From Desulfobacterales bacterium (GTDB lineage: Bacteria; Desulfobacterota; Desulfobacteria; Desulfobacterales; UBA11574), in contig JAUVTO010000002.1 in the NCBI GenBank assembly GCA_030601485.1, forward strand, positions 1 through 36,485: a DNA stretch of 36,485 nucleotides, given 5' to 3'. Below the pieces are notes generated by a model, which saw only the letters and a list, made by a program, of their open reading frames with translations, made no database searches and had not been told where the DNA came from. How positions within the stretch are numbered: position 1 is the stretch's first letter; every line of letters starts with the position of its first letter. This document shows, piece after piece, positions 6,520-14,974 of this stretch. The translations under genes and the position numbers were made by a program.

Positions 6520-7797
6520 ATGACACAGATTGAAGCGGCCCGAAGCAATCGGATTACAGATGCCATGCATCAGGTTGCCCAAAAAGAGGGGCTTACCGCC
6601 GAACAGGTGCGCGAAAAAGTGGCCGCCGGCGTGCTGGTAATTCCCAAAAACCGCAACCGGGATTTCGAAGCGCGCGGCATCGGCCAGGGCTTGAAAACCA
6701 AGGTGAATGCCAACATCGGCACTTCCCCGAGCCACCATGACCTGAAAGAAGAACTGACCAAGCTCGACACGGCTGTTGCGGCCGGTGTGGATGCGGTGAT
6801 GGATCTTTCCACCGGTGGAAATCTCGACCTCATATTGGAGACCATATTGAAACGCTCCCCGGTCATGGTCGGCACCGTTCCGATCTATAAAGTCGTCAGC
6901 AAGTTGATGGCAAATAACAAAACTCCGGTACAGATGACCGCGGACGACCTTATGGAGGAAATCGAGATGCAAGCCGAGCTGGGAGTTGATTTCATAACGG
7001 TGCATTGCGGTATTACCCGACAAAGCTTAAGCGCTCTTAAGGGGTGCAATCGGATTATGGGCATGGTGTCGCGCGGCGGCAGCTTTATCGCTGAGTGGAT
7101 CACGGCCAATAAAAAGGAAAACCCCCTGTTTTCCCAATATGATCGTCTGTTGGAAATCTGCCGGCAACATGATGTTACCCTGTCTTTGGGGGATGGACTT
7201 CGACCCGGGGCAATCCATGATGCCGAAGATCGTGCCCAAATTTCCGAGCTTTTAATTTTGGGCGAGCTGACGCGCCGCGCCCGCAAGGCCGGTGTCCAGG
7301 TGATGGTCGAAGGTCCCGGCCATGTTCCGCTGGGACGTATCGCCGGGGATGTACAATTACAAAAGCGCCTTTGTGACAACGCTCCTTATTACGTGCTGGG
7401 GCCTTTGCCCACCGACATTGCCCCGGGCTACGATCATCTGGTAGGCGCCATCGGCGGGGCGGTGGCTGCTGCCAGCGGTGTGGATTTCTTATGTTATCTG
7501 ACACCTGCCGAACACTTGCATCTGCCCACGGTCCAGGATGTCCATGACGGCGTCATGGCCACGCGGATTGCGGCCCATATCGGCGATCTGGAAAAAGGGT
7601 TGCCCGGGGCCGAGGACTGGGATAGGAGGATGTCCATGGCGCGACGGGAATTCGACTGGGAAACCATGTATAACCAGGCCATCGACCCGGAATTGGCCCG
7701 CAAGCGCCGTATGCAGACCGAAGATCATGATCGGGATGTCTGCACCATGTGCGGTGATCTTTGCGCGATTAAAACCTTTGATCGTATCATACTTTAA
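6520..7797 (+). CDS. thiC: Phosphomethylpyrimidine synthase
   Basis: 425 aa, short anaerobe-type ThiC, with the C-terminal CxxCxxxxC cluster motif (CTMCGDLC). SD GGAGG lies upstream of the ATG. Confidence 0.92.
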   Translation: MTQIEAARSNRITDAMHQVAQKEGLTAEQVREKVAAGVLVIPKNRNRDFEARGIGQGLKTKVNANIGTSPSHHDLKEELTKLDTAVAAGVDAVMDLSTGGNLDLILETILKRSPVMVGTVPIYKVVSKLMANNKTPVQMTADDLMEEIEMQAELGVDFITVHCGITRQSLSALKGCNRIMGMVSRGGSFIAEWITANKKENPLFSQYDRLLEICRQHDVTLSLGDGLRPGAIHDAEDRAQISELLILGELTRRARKAGVQVMVEGPGHVPLGRIAGDVQLQKRLCDNAPYYVLGPLPTDIAPGYDHLVGAIGGAVAAASGVDFLCYLTPAEHLHLPTVQDVHDGVMATRIAAHIGDLEKGLPGAEDWDRRMSMARREFDWETMYNQAIDPELARKRRMQTEDHDRDVCTMCGDLCAIKTFDRIIL

Positions 7798-7830
7798 CGA
7801 ACGAGATCTTTGAAAGTAGGAAATCATCGG

Positions 7831-8595
7831 ATGAAAGATTTGACCGCAACCCAGAAGATTCGGTATTCGCGCAATATCCTGGTGCCGGAAATCGGCATAA
7901 CCGGACAGCAAAAGCTTTTAAGGGGCCGGGTTCTGGTGGTAGGTGCCGGAGGATTGGGCAGCCCCGCCTTGTTTTACCTGGCCTGTGCCGGCGTCGGGAC
8001 TATAGGTATTATGGATGGGGATCGAGTCGAATTGTCCAACCTGCAGCGCCAGATTTTGTATACATTGAAGGATCTGGACAATTTGAAGACCCATTCGGCC
8101 CAAGAAAAATTGCATCGCCTGAACCCGGATGTTTGCATTGAACCGTACAACGAGCCGTTTACTGCAAAAAACGGCCCAGCGTTGGTAAGCCGGTACGACT
8201 TTGTGATCGAGGCCACGGATAATTTCGAAGCCAAGTTTCTGGTCAACGACATATGTATTCATGCCAAGGTTCCCTTCTGCCATGCTGGCATCTTGGGCAT
8301 GTTCGGCCAGGTCATGACCATTGTGCCCGGCCAAGGTGCCTGTTACCGTTGCGTGTTCGGCAACATTCCCGAGCCGGATCAGGTATCCTCCACCGACCAA
8401 GTCGGGGTTTTGGGGGTGGTGCCTGGCGCGCTGGGGAGCATACAGGCCGCCGAAGCCGTCAAATTCTTGACCGGCAGCGGAAAATTGCTGATAGGGCGGC
8501 TGTTGACCTACGACGCCCTGAATTTGATATTTCGGGAAATCGAACTGCCGCCGCCATGTTGCGACGTATGCCGGGGGGCAGAACTCATCCAATAA
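7831..8595 (+). CDS. thiF: ThiF/MoeB-family sulfur-carrier adenylyltransferase
   Basis: Rossmann motif [10 protein letters not shown] and two CxxC pairs (CYRC, CDVC). Start chosen at ATG 7831 (MKDLTATQK). The ORF-track start at 7810 is a TTG and is possible but less likely. Confidence 0.85.
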   Translation: MKDLTATQKIRYSRNILVPEIGITGQQKLLRGRVLVVGAGGLGSPALFYLACAGVGTIGIMDGDRVELSNLQRQILYTLKDLDNLKTHSAQEKLHRLNPDVCIEPYNEPFTAKNGPALVSRYDFVIEATDNFEAKFLVNDICIHAKVPFCHAGILGMFGQVMTIVPGQGACYRCVFGNIPEPDQVSSTDQVGVLGVVPGALGSIQAAEAVKFLTGSGKLLIGRLLTYDALNLIFREIELPPPCCDVCRGAELIQ

Positions 8596-8609
8596 AAAAG
8601 GAGATGACC

Positions 8610-9398
8610 ATGACCCAATTACCTCCGCTGATTATTGCGGATCGCACCTTTCATTCCCGCCTGCTGGTCGGGACCGGCAAGTTTGCCTCCACCCAGATAA
8701 TGCAGAAGGCTATTGCGGCCTCTGGAGCCGAGATTGTCACCGTGGCTCTGCGCCGTGTTGATTTGAGCGATCCCCAGGACAACTTCATGGAAGCCATTGA
8801 TAGAGATCGCTACCTGTTTTTGCCCAACACCAGCGGTGCCAGGGATGCGGAGGAAGCCATGCGTCTGGCACGAATCGCCCGGGCAGCGGGATGCGATCCG
8901 TGGGTCAAGCTGGAAGTGACGCCCGATCCCCATTATCTGCTGCCCGATCCGGTGGAAACCCTGAAGGCGGCCGAAATTCTGGTTAAAGAAGGATTCAAGG
9001 TACTTCCCTACATTAATGCGGACCCGGTCCTGGCCAAGCGGCTGGAAGAGGTGGGGACGGTTACGGTGATGCCTCTGGGGGCCCCTATCGGAACCAACCG
9101 CGGTTTGAAAACACGCGACGCGATTCAGATCATCATCCAACAGGCACAGGTGCCGGTGGTGGTGGATGCCGGACTGGGAGCGCCTTCCCATGCGGCGGAA
9201 GCCATGGAGATGGGCGCTGATGCCGTTTTAGTTAACACCGCCATTGCTACAGCCGGCGATCCGGTGGGCATGGCAGAGGCCTTCCGGCTGGGTGTGGAAG
9301 CCGGGTTTAAGGCATACATATCAGGTCTGGGCCGACATTCTTGGGAGGCAGAAGCCAGCTCCCCTCTGACCGGATTTTTAAGGAACAATCACGCATGA
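8610..9398 (+). CDS. thiG: Thiazole synthase
   Basis: [25 protein letters not shown]... with VKLEV (Schiff-base Lys). SD AAAAAGGAG (8595-8603) is 6 nt before ATG 8610; ATG 8604 is an alternative. The ORF-track extension back to 8253 overlaps thiF and is not believed. Confidence 0.9.
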   Translation: MTQLPPLIIADRTFHSRLLVGTGKFASTQIMQKAIAASGAEIVTVALRRVDLSDPQDNFMEAIDRDRYLFLPNTSGARDAEEAMRLARIARAAGCDPWVKLEVTPDPHYLLPDPVETLKAAEILVKEGFKVLPYINADPVLAKRLEEVGTVTVMPLGAPIGTNRGLKTRDAIQIIIQQAQVPVVVDAGLGAPSHAAEAMEMGADAVLVNTAIATAGDPVGMAEAFRLGVEAGFKAYISGLGRHSWEAEASSPLTGFLRNNHA

Positions 9399-10507
9399 GT
9401 TTCTGGCAGAAAATCATTCAATATCGATGGGATCAGATCGAAGCGGCGATTTCCAGCAAGACGGCCGAAGACGTTCGGCAGGCCTTGAGAGCGCCTACTC
9501 GAAACTTTGACGACCTGTTGGCGCTACTCGCTCCGGTTGCGGCCGACTTTCTGGAAGAAATGGCTCTGGCGGCCCATGGGCTGACGGTTCAGCGCTTCGG
9601 CCGGACCATCCAAATGTTCGCTCCTGTTTATGTGTCCAACGAATGCATCAATTTCTGTGTATATTGCGGGTTCAACCGCCACAATCAAATATCACGCGCC
9701 ACCCTTAGCGTAGCGGAAGTGGAGAAGGAAGTGATGTTTTTGCACGGACAGGGATTCCGTCACGTGCTTTTGCTGACCGGTGAGTCGCCACACCACGTAC
9801 CGGTGGAGTACTTGATCCGCATCGCCCGTAAATTGCGGCCGCTTTTAGCGTCCATATCCATCGAAATCTATCCGATGGCAACGGATGACTACCGCCGTCT
9901 GATCGAAAACGGCGTGGACGGATTGACCGTTTACCAGGAGACCTACCATCTAAAACGGTATGCCGAGGTTCATCCTGCCGGTCCCAAGCGCAACTACCGC
10001 TGGCGCCTGGAAACCCCGGACCGCGGAGGTCAGGCCGGATTCCGTCGGCTCAATATCGGCGTCCTATTAGGATTGTGTGACTGGCGCGTGGAAGGGGCCT
10101 ACGTGGGATTACACGCCGCCTATCTGGCGCGCAGCTACTGGCAAAGCCACGTGTCTGTCTCCTTTCCACGCCTGCGGCCTGCGGCCGGAGGATTTCAGCC
10201 CCAATTTCCCGTAAACGACGCCCATATGGTGCAGCTCATGTGCGCGCTGAGACTCTGGCTGCCCGATGCAGGGCTGGTGCTGTCCACGCGCGAACCCGCC
10301 AGCCTGCGCGAGAATCTGCTGCCTCTGGGGATTACCCAAATGAGTGCGGGCAGCAAAACCGCACCGGGCGGTTATGTGGCCAAAGAAAACGTCGAGGGCC
10401 AGTTTGAGATCAGCGACCTTCGCAGTCCGCAAGAAGTCGTCCGCATGATCGCCGCCCACGGTTACGAGCCGGTCTGGAAGGATTGGGATGCGGTTTTTTT
10501 GCGATAA
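9395..10507 (+). CDS. thiH: 2-iminoacetate synthase (tyrosine lyase), radical SAM
   Basis: MSFWQKI... with the CxxxCxxC motif (CINFCVYC). The start overlaps the thiG stop (ATGA at 9395-9398). Confidence 0.9.
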   Translation: MSFWQKIIQYRWDQIEAAISSKTAEDVRQALRAPTRNFDDLLALLAPVAADFLEEMALAAHGLTVQRFGRTIQMFAPVYVSNECINFCVYCGFNRHNQISRATLSVAEVEKEVMFLHGQGFRHVLLLTGESPHHVPVEYLIRIARKLRPLLASISIEIYPMATDDYRRLIENGVDGLTVYQETYHLKRYAEVHPAGPKRNYRWRLETPDRGGQAGFRRLNIGVLLGLCDWRVEGAYVGLHAAYLARSYWQSHVSVSFPRLRPAAGGFQPQFPVNDAHMVQLMCALRLWLPDAGLVLSTREPASLRENLLPLGITQMSAGSKTAPGGYVAKENVEGQFEISDLRSPQEVVRMIAAHGYEPVWKDWDAVFLR

Positions 10508-10542
10508 CCCGGCAAATCGCCGGTTTGCAAGAGGAGCTATTT

Positions 10543-10749
10543 ATGGCGATTCATATCAAGCTTAACGGTAAAACCCACGCGGTTGAACACCGTATGGATA
10601 TCTTATCATTTCTGGAAACATTGAAGGTGCCTCCCGCCAGTGTTGTGGTGGAGCGCAACCGAAATATTTTACACCGGGGCATGTTTGACAGCGTTGTTTT
10701 GAAAGACGGGGATGAACTGGAACTCATTCGATTTGTAGGTGGGGGATGA
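10543..10749 (+). CDS. thiS: Sulfur carrier protein ThiS
   Basis: 68 aa, MAIHIKLNGK..., ending in GGG (ubiquitin-like Gly-Gly C-terminus). SD GAGGAG at 10531-10536. Confidence 0.85.
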   Translation: MAIHIKLNGKTHAVEHRMDILSFLETLKVPPASVVVERNRNILHRGMFDSVVLKDGDELELIRFVGGG

Positions 10750-11408
10750 ATCGTAAAGAACGTTTGGTAAAATTAAAGGCCATCGATATTTATCCGGTTA
10801 CCTGCCAAGAGCTTTCAGAAGGCCGAACCAACTTGGAAGTGCTGGAGGCGGTCCTGGCAGGCGGTGCCAAAATCATTCAGCTCAGGGAAAAGCATTGGGA
10901 CAAGAAGGATCTTTATGAACTGGCCATTGAATTCCGCAAACGCACCCGAAGCCAACACGCGCTCCTGATTATCAACGATCATGTGGACGTGGCCCTGGCT
11001 GCAGGAGCCGACGGGGTCCATTTGGGTCAGGAAGATCTGCCCATCGGGGCGGCACGCAAAATCGCCCCGGAGCTGATTATCGGTGCTTCCAGCCACAATC
11101 TGACAGAGGCCCTGAAGGCCGAGCAAGACGGTGCCGATTACGTGAACATCGGTCCCATTTTCCCCACGAAGACCAAAGCAAATACGGTCCGTTTCCTGGG
11201 ACCTGAAGCCATCGGCGAAATCGGGCCGCAGCTCACCGTGCCCTTTACCACCATGGGCGGTATCCATCCGGACAATATCGACCGGGTTCTGGAAGCGGGC
11301 GCGCGCTGTGTGGCCATGATCACCGGCATAACGCGTGCTGCGGATATCACGGCAAGGGTGCGCCGGCTCCGAAAAACCATCACCGATTATTATGACAGTT
11401 CTCATTAG
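10746..11408 (+). CDS. thiE: Thiamine-phosphate synthase
   Basis: 220-aa TMP-TENI pattern (IQLREK, INDHVDVALAAGADGVHLGQEDL, GPIFPT). ATGA overlap with thiS. Confidence 0.9.
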   Translation: MNRKERLVKLKAIDIYPVTCQELSEGRTNLEVLEAVLAGGAKIIQLREKHWDKKDLYELAIEFRKRTRSQHALLIINDHVDVALAAGADGVHLGQEDLPIGAARKIAPELIIGASSHNLTEALKAEQDGADYVNIGPIFPTKTKANTVRFLGPEAIGEIGPQLTVPFTTMGGIHPDNIDRVLEAGARCVAMITGITRAADITARVRRLRKTITDYYDSSH

Positions 11409-11497
11409 CCGATTCGGAAATTCTGCAATTCATTGAAAATAAAAAGATTTGCTTAAGATTTAAATTTTTTTCTTAGGAACTTGAATATTGGGTTGGT

Positions 11498-11525
11498 GGA
11501 AGGGCGGCGCAGAAGCCGCCCTTCC
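11498..11525. terminator. GC-rich hairpin between convergent thiE (+) and PilZ (-) genes
   Basis: GGAAGGGCGGC (11498-11508) pairs with GCCGCCCTTCC (11515-11525) around a 6-nt loop. There is no clear U-tract on either side, so terminator function is inferred from position only. Confidence 0.5.
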
Positions 11526-11582
11526 AGGCGCTAAAGATGTAGCCTCCTTGGCGCATAAGAAAGGAAAAACCGTAATAGCCTG

Positions 11583-11888
11583 TTAATAATATTTGACGCC
11601 AATGCCAAAACGAGAAGCGTCTTCGCTGCTCATTTCCTTCCACCATCTTACTTCAGCGAGCGATGCGGTTCGCAGCCCATTGCAGAGTTCCGGTTCAGAA
11701 GTATCAAAGGAACAGGTTTTCACCTTGAAGAAAATATTCGTTCCTTCTTTGAAAAATGAATCAGACTCAAAATACATGCCGCCTTCACCGCAGTTGAGCA
11801 TTGTGGCATTAAAGGTTTTATCTTTATTAAAACAGTTGCATATAACGGATGCTTCGCATTTATGGCGTTTATCAGCTCTCTTTTGCAT
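11583..11888 (-). CDS. PilZ-domain protein (single domain)
   Basis: 101 aa with RxxxR (RADKR) near the N-terminus and NCGEGGMYFES in the position of the D/NxSxxG motif. It is a paralog of the N-terminal half of 18299-18805. Confidence 0.7.
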   Translation of the reverse strand: MQKRADKRHKCEASVICNCFNKDKTFNATMLNCGEGGMYFESDSFFKEGTNIFFKVKTCSFDTSEPELCNGLRTASLAEVRWWKEMSSEDASRFGIGVKYY

Positions 11889-11957
11889 AGGATATAAAAG
11901 CTCCTGATTTGCGGCGAATTCGTTATTTAATCCATAGGTTGTTTTAGTTTGCCCGAT

Positions 11958-12254
11958 TTAAGGTACGGTCAGATTAAGGATATTGTTGTAACTCCCGAAG
12001 CAGTTTAAACAAGTCTGGTCATTTTGGGGATCTTCTTTCCAGTGCCCGTCAACAAGAAATTTATACTCGTAGCTTCCGGAAGGTAGAATCACAGCCTTAT
12101 TCCACACGCCATTCCTATCCTGCTTCATAAGATGTTTTTTGGGATTCCAATTATTAAAGTCTCCCATCAAAATGACCTTTTTAGCACCTGATAAATCAAT
12201 GGAAAATGTTACTTTTTTCCGCTTGATTTTCTTTTTTGATTTGACCTTTGCCAT
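11958..12254 (-). CDS. Stand-alone CBM48 / AMPK-beta-like glycogen-binding domain protein
   Basis: VTFSIDLSGAKKVILMGDFNNWNPKKHLM...GVWNKAVILPSGSYEYKFLVDGHWKEDP is the classic CBM48/E-set pattern. Start set at ATG 12254 (MAKVKSKKK), 6 nt after SD GGAGG. The ORF-track ATG at 12269 lies inside that SD region. Confidence 0.8.
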   Translation of the reverse strand: MAKVKSKKKIKRKKVTFSIDLSGAKKVILMGDFNNWNPKKHLMKQDRNGVWNKAVILPSGSYEYKFLVDGHWKEDPQNDQTCLNCFGSYNNILNLTVP

Positions 12255-12337
12255 GCAATACCTCCTCATATAAAATTGCTTCGAGATTTTATGTCATGTT
12301 CACTTAAAATAGATCATTATCAAATTATAATTTAATC

Positions 12338-12436
12338 TGTCCATAGAGGAGGGGATTCATTTTGATGGTGGAAAACCCCTGTGGGGCGGGAAGTTATCCC
12401 ACGCAATCGGGAGAAAAACTGATGAGATAGGTTTTT
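12338..12436. promoter_or_regulatory. Conserved intergenic element, copy 1 (about 100 bp)
   Basis: TGTCCATAGAGGAGGGGATTCATTTTGATGGTGGAAAACCCCTGTGGGGCGGGAAGTTATCCCACGCAATCGGGAGAAAAACTGATGAGATAGGTTTTT. It aligns with 14189-14286 and 19034-19129. It lies 84-182 nt upstream of the CBM48 gene start (minus strand). Confidence 0.85.
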
Positions 12437-12545
12437 GAGGGCAGTCTTATTTTTTTCATGGATTAAGCCAATCAACAAGTCTGAGTTTCGGCTTATACGT
12501 GTGATGATCGATAGCTGTTTAATCTTAGTTTACAGTGTGATGAGG

Positions 12546-12842
12546 CTATTCCTTAAATCCATAGTGAAACATTTCATATTCGGTTTTTCCCCCAAGCAAA
12601 GCATCTATCTTATCTTGAGCTTCCTGTCTTTCCTTGCTTAACAACCATTTTTCCCAGTATTCAGAGGACTTCCAGGTACTGATAACCAGAAACGTATCGG
12701 GTCTATCCAGGCTTTTTAAGGTTTCACCGGAGATATAACCCGACTGGTTTGTCGCGAGGACTCTCATTTGTCTAAATAGGGGTATCATTTCCTTTGCCTT
12801 GTTTTCCGGTACAGTCCGTTTAATTAGAATTTTAACAGCCAT
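12546..12842 (-). CDS. ABM (antibiotic biosynthesis monooxygenase-like, ferredoxin-fold) domain protein
   Basis: 98 aa. The pattern ...GYISGETLKSLDRPDTFLVISTWKSSEYWEKW... is typical of small ABM/Dabb proteins. Confidence 0.65.
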   Translation of the reverse strand: MAVKILIKRTVPENKAKEMIPLFRQMRVLATNQSGYISGETLKSLDRPDTFLVISTWKSSEYWEKWLLSKERQEAQDKIDALLGGKTEYEMFHYGFKE

Positions 12843-12907
12843 TTTGTCCTCCTTTAATATAAAAGATTATATTAGCTTTTATCTTTAAGAAAGTTCCCTT
12901 ATGGTGG

Positions 12908-14095
12908 TTATTCCTGATACACATGTGATCGAGTAACCGGCAACGTATTGTCCAATCCTTTGGAGACAAGGATCTGAAACAGGCGAGAATCGCCGTACTT
13001 AAATCCTGCTGCCGCACTGTTTAAAAACAGACGCCATTGCCTCACAAACGTTTCATCAAATAATTTCCTAATTTTCTCTATATTTTCTTCAAAATTTTCT
13101 GCCCACTTTTCAAGAGTTTTGGCATAGTGCAGCCGCAAATTTTCTACATCCAGGATGGAAAAACCGGTTTTTCCCATTTCTTTCACAATTTCGTGAAGTG
13201 TCGGAATATAGGTTCCGGGAAAGATATAACTAAACGTCCAGGGATCTCCGGCAGACGGGGTATCTTTTCCAATGGTATGCAGCAGGGCCAGCCCTCCGCT
13301 TTTTAATAAATCCGAAACTTTTTGAATAAAAGCAGGAATAAATTTTTTCCCTACGTGTTCCATCATGCCTATGGAAACTATTTTATCAAATTTATCATCT
13401 AACTGTCTGTAATCCTGACATAAAATCTTAAGCTGATTTTGAAGCCCCAACTCTTCGATTTTACGATTGGCGTATTGGAACTGATTTTTCGATAGCGTAA
13501 TTCCAACTCCGGTTATGCCATATTTCCGGGCTGCATAGATAAGCATTCCGCCCCAGCCGCACCCAATGTCGAGAAGCGATTCATTAGGCTTAAGCAAAAG
13601 TTTGCGGGAAATATGTTCGTATTTGTTCAATTGTGCCTGTTCCAGAGAATCGTCCGGCTTTGAAAAATACGCACAGGAGTAAGTCATGGTCTTGTCAAGA
13701 TAGAATGCATAAAATTCATCGCCCCTGTCGTAATGAAAGGAAATGTTTTTTGGGGTTTGTCGCAGGGTAGAACTGTTTAGCAGCGAAAGGATAAGCGGTT
13801 GAAATTTTTGCCAGAAAGGTAACCGGTAATTGTCAAAATCAATGGCGAATCCCAGACGGAAAAGTTTTAGAAGATCCTTCTCTATTTCCAGATCTCCCTC
13901 CATATAGGCTTCTCCAAACCCTAAAAATCCTTTTCTGATGATTTTTTTGGTACAACTTTTGGTTTTCAGGCGTAATATTACCTCTGGAAAGTTTCCAAAG
14001 CGTATGGCATCACCATCCCAGAATTCTATGGCAAAGCATGCCCCTGGGTCAGATTGATGCATCATTTGGGCGATATTTTTGATAACCTTTTTCAT
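12908..14095 (-). CDS. cfa: Cyclopropane-fatty-acyl-phospholipid synthase family SAM-dependent methyltransferase
   Basis: 395 aa with SAM motif I (LLDIGCGWGGM) and CMAS-family blocks (YDRGDEFYAFYLD, SIGMMEHVG, YIFPG). Confidence 0.85.
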   Translation of the reverse strand: MKKVIKNIAQMMHQSDPGACFAIEFWDGDAIRFGNFPEVILRLKTKSCTKKIIRKGFLGFGEAYMEGDLEIEKDLLKLFRLGFAIDFDNYRLPFWQKFQPLILSLLNSSTLRQTPKNISFHYDRGDEFYAFYLDKTMTYSCAYFSKPDDSLEQAQLNKYEHISRKLLLKPNESLLDIGCGWGGMLIYAARKYGITGVGITLSKNQFQYANRKIEELGLQNQLKILCQDYRQLDDKFDKIVSIGMMEHVGKKFIPAFIQKVSDLLKSGGLALLHTIGKDTPSAGDPWTFSYIFPGTYIPTLHEIVKEMGKTGFSILDVENLRLHYAKTLEKWAENFEENIEKIRKLFDETFVRQWRLFLNSAAAGFKYGDSRLFQILVSKGLDNTLPVTRSHVYQE

Positions 14096-14188
14096 ATGGC
14101 ATAAAAAGGTTGTGATTAAAAGACTTGTGATTTCGTCAGGTTGTGGAATTTCCGGAACATTTAATTAGTACCAGAATATAATTCATTT

Positions 14189-14286
14189 TGTCCATAGAGG
14201 AAATTCTTTATTTTGATGGTGGAAACCCCTGTGGGGCGGGAATTTATCCCACCCGCTCGGGTGAAAAACTGATAAAATAGGTTTTT
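14189..14286. promoter_or_regulatory. Conserved intergenic element, copy 2
   Basis: TGTCCATAGAGGAAATTCTTTATTTTGATGGTGGAAACCCCTGTGGGGCGGGAATTTATCCCACCCGCTCGGGTGAAAAACTGATAAAATAGGTTTTT. It lies 94-191 nt upstream of the cfa start and about 10 nt downstream of the response-regulator stop. Confidence 0.85.
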
Positions 14287-14296
14287 GTAGACAGGC

Positions 14297-14974
14297 TTAT
14301 CCTTTCCACAGGTCCACGTCGATAATTCCTAACCTTGCGGCATATCGAACCAGCTCTATGGTGCTGTGGAGATTAAGCTTGCGCAAAATATTTGATCTGT
14401 GGTTCTCAACAGTTTTGGGGCTGATGAAAAGTTTTTCCGCGATCTTTTTGGTGGAAAGGCCCTGGGCCAGCAACACCATGATTTCTTGCTCTCGGGAGGT
14501 CAGAGTTTCATAGGAGGCATCGGTTATCTTCGCCTCTTTTTCCGGGAATTGCATAAGCTTTTTAACCACTTTATGGGAGACGGAACTGTCCATGAAATAT
14601 TCTCCCTTCAAGACAGTATCTATCCCCTGTAAGAGTCTTTCAGAGGCCGATTCCTTGACCACATATCCTGTTGCTCCGGCCTGAAATGCCTTAACAATAT
14701 AATCCACTTTGGAATGCATGGTGACCATCATAATACGTATTTTCGGCAATGCATTCTTAAGTTCGCGGGTGAGTTGAATGCCGCTTTGATCCGGCAAAGA
14801 CATGTCCACCAGCGCCAGATCAGGCTTGAGTTCCCTCGCCATTTGGAGCCCTTCACGTCCGTTTCCAGCCTCCCCGACCACCTCAAACCTATTATTGCGT
14901 CCGATGATCGCTTTGAGGCCTTCTCTGAAAAGGGGATGGTCGTCTATTATTAATATGGTTTTCTTATGAACCAC
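14297..14974 (-). CDS. NarL/LuxR-family response regulator (REC + HTH_LuxR)
   Basis: Receiver (ILIIDDHPLFREG...LALVDMSLPD) plus a LuxR HTH (LTSREQEIMVLLAQGLSTKKIAEKLFISPKTVENHRSNILRKL). Start placed at GTG 14974 (VVHKKTIL) after AAGGA. The 283-aa ORF-track version runs into the kinase gene. It overlaps the kinase 3' end by 11 nt. Confidence 0.85.
   Translation of the reverse strand: MVHKKTILIIDDHPLFREGLKAIIGRNNRFEVVGEAGNGREGLQMARELKPDLALVDMSLPDQSGIQLTRELKNALPKIRIMMVTMHSKVDYIVKAFQAGATGYVVKESASERLLQGIDTVLKGEYFMDSSVSHKVVKKLMQFPEKEAKITDASYETLTSREQEIMVLLAQGLSTKKIAEKLFISPKTVENHRSNILRKLNLHSTIELVRYAARLGIIDVDLWKG

Noticed and set aside
8253-8609. N-terminal 117-119 aa extension of the thiG ORF as listed in the ORF track
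   Set aside because: It overlaps the thiF coding frame, translates to Arg/Pro/Gly-rich nonsense, and a strong SD precedes the internal ATG at 8604/8610, where ThiG homology begins.
9341-9394. Upstream extensions of thiH (from 9341) and thiS (from 10483)
   Set aside because: The extended parts overlap the preceding genes. Recognisable ThiH and ThiS sequences begin at ATG 9395 and ATG 10543, each with coupling or an SD.
6463-11405. Numerous 60-230-aa ORFs antisense or out of frame across the thi operon (for example 6463-7023, 6885-7379, 7918-8592, 8619-9191, 10815-11405)
   Set aside because: They are typical long open frames opposite GC-richer genes. None has recognisable motifs, and all are fully covered by well-supported thi genes.
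12365-12430. 21-codon plus-strand mini-ORF inside the conserved element (MVENPCGAGSYPTQSGEKLMR), also present in copy 3
   Set aside because: Copy 2 carries a 1-nt deletion that shifts the frame (MVETPVGREFIPPARVKN). Conservation is therefore at the nucleotide or structure level, not the peptide level.
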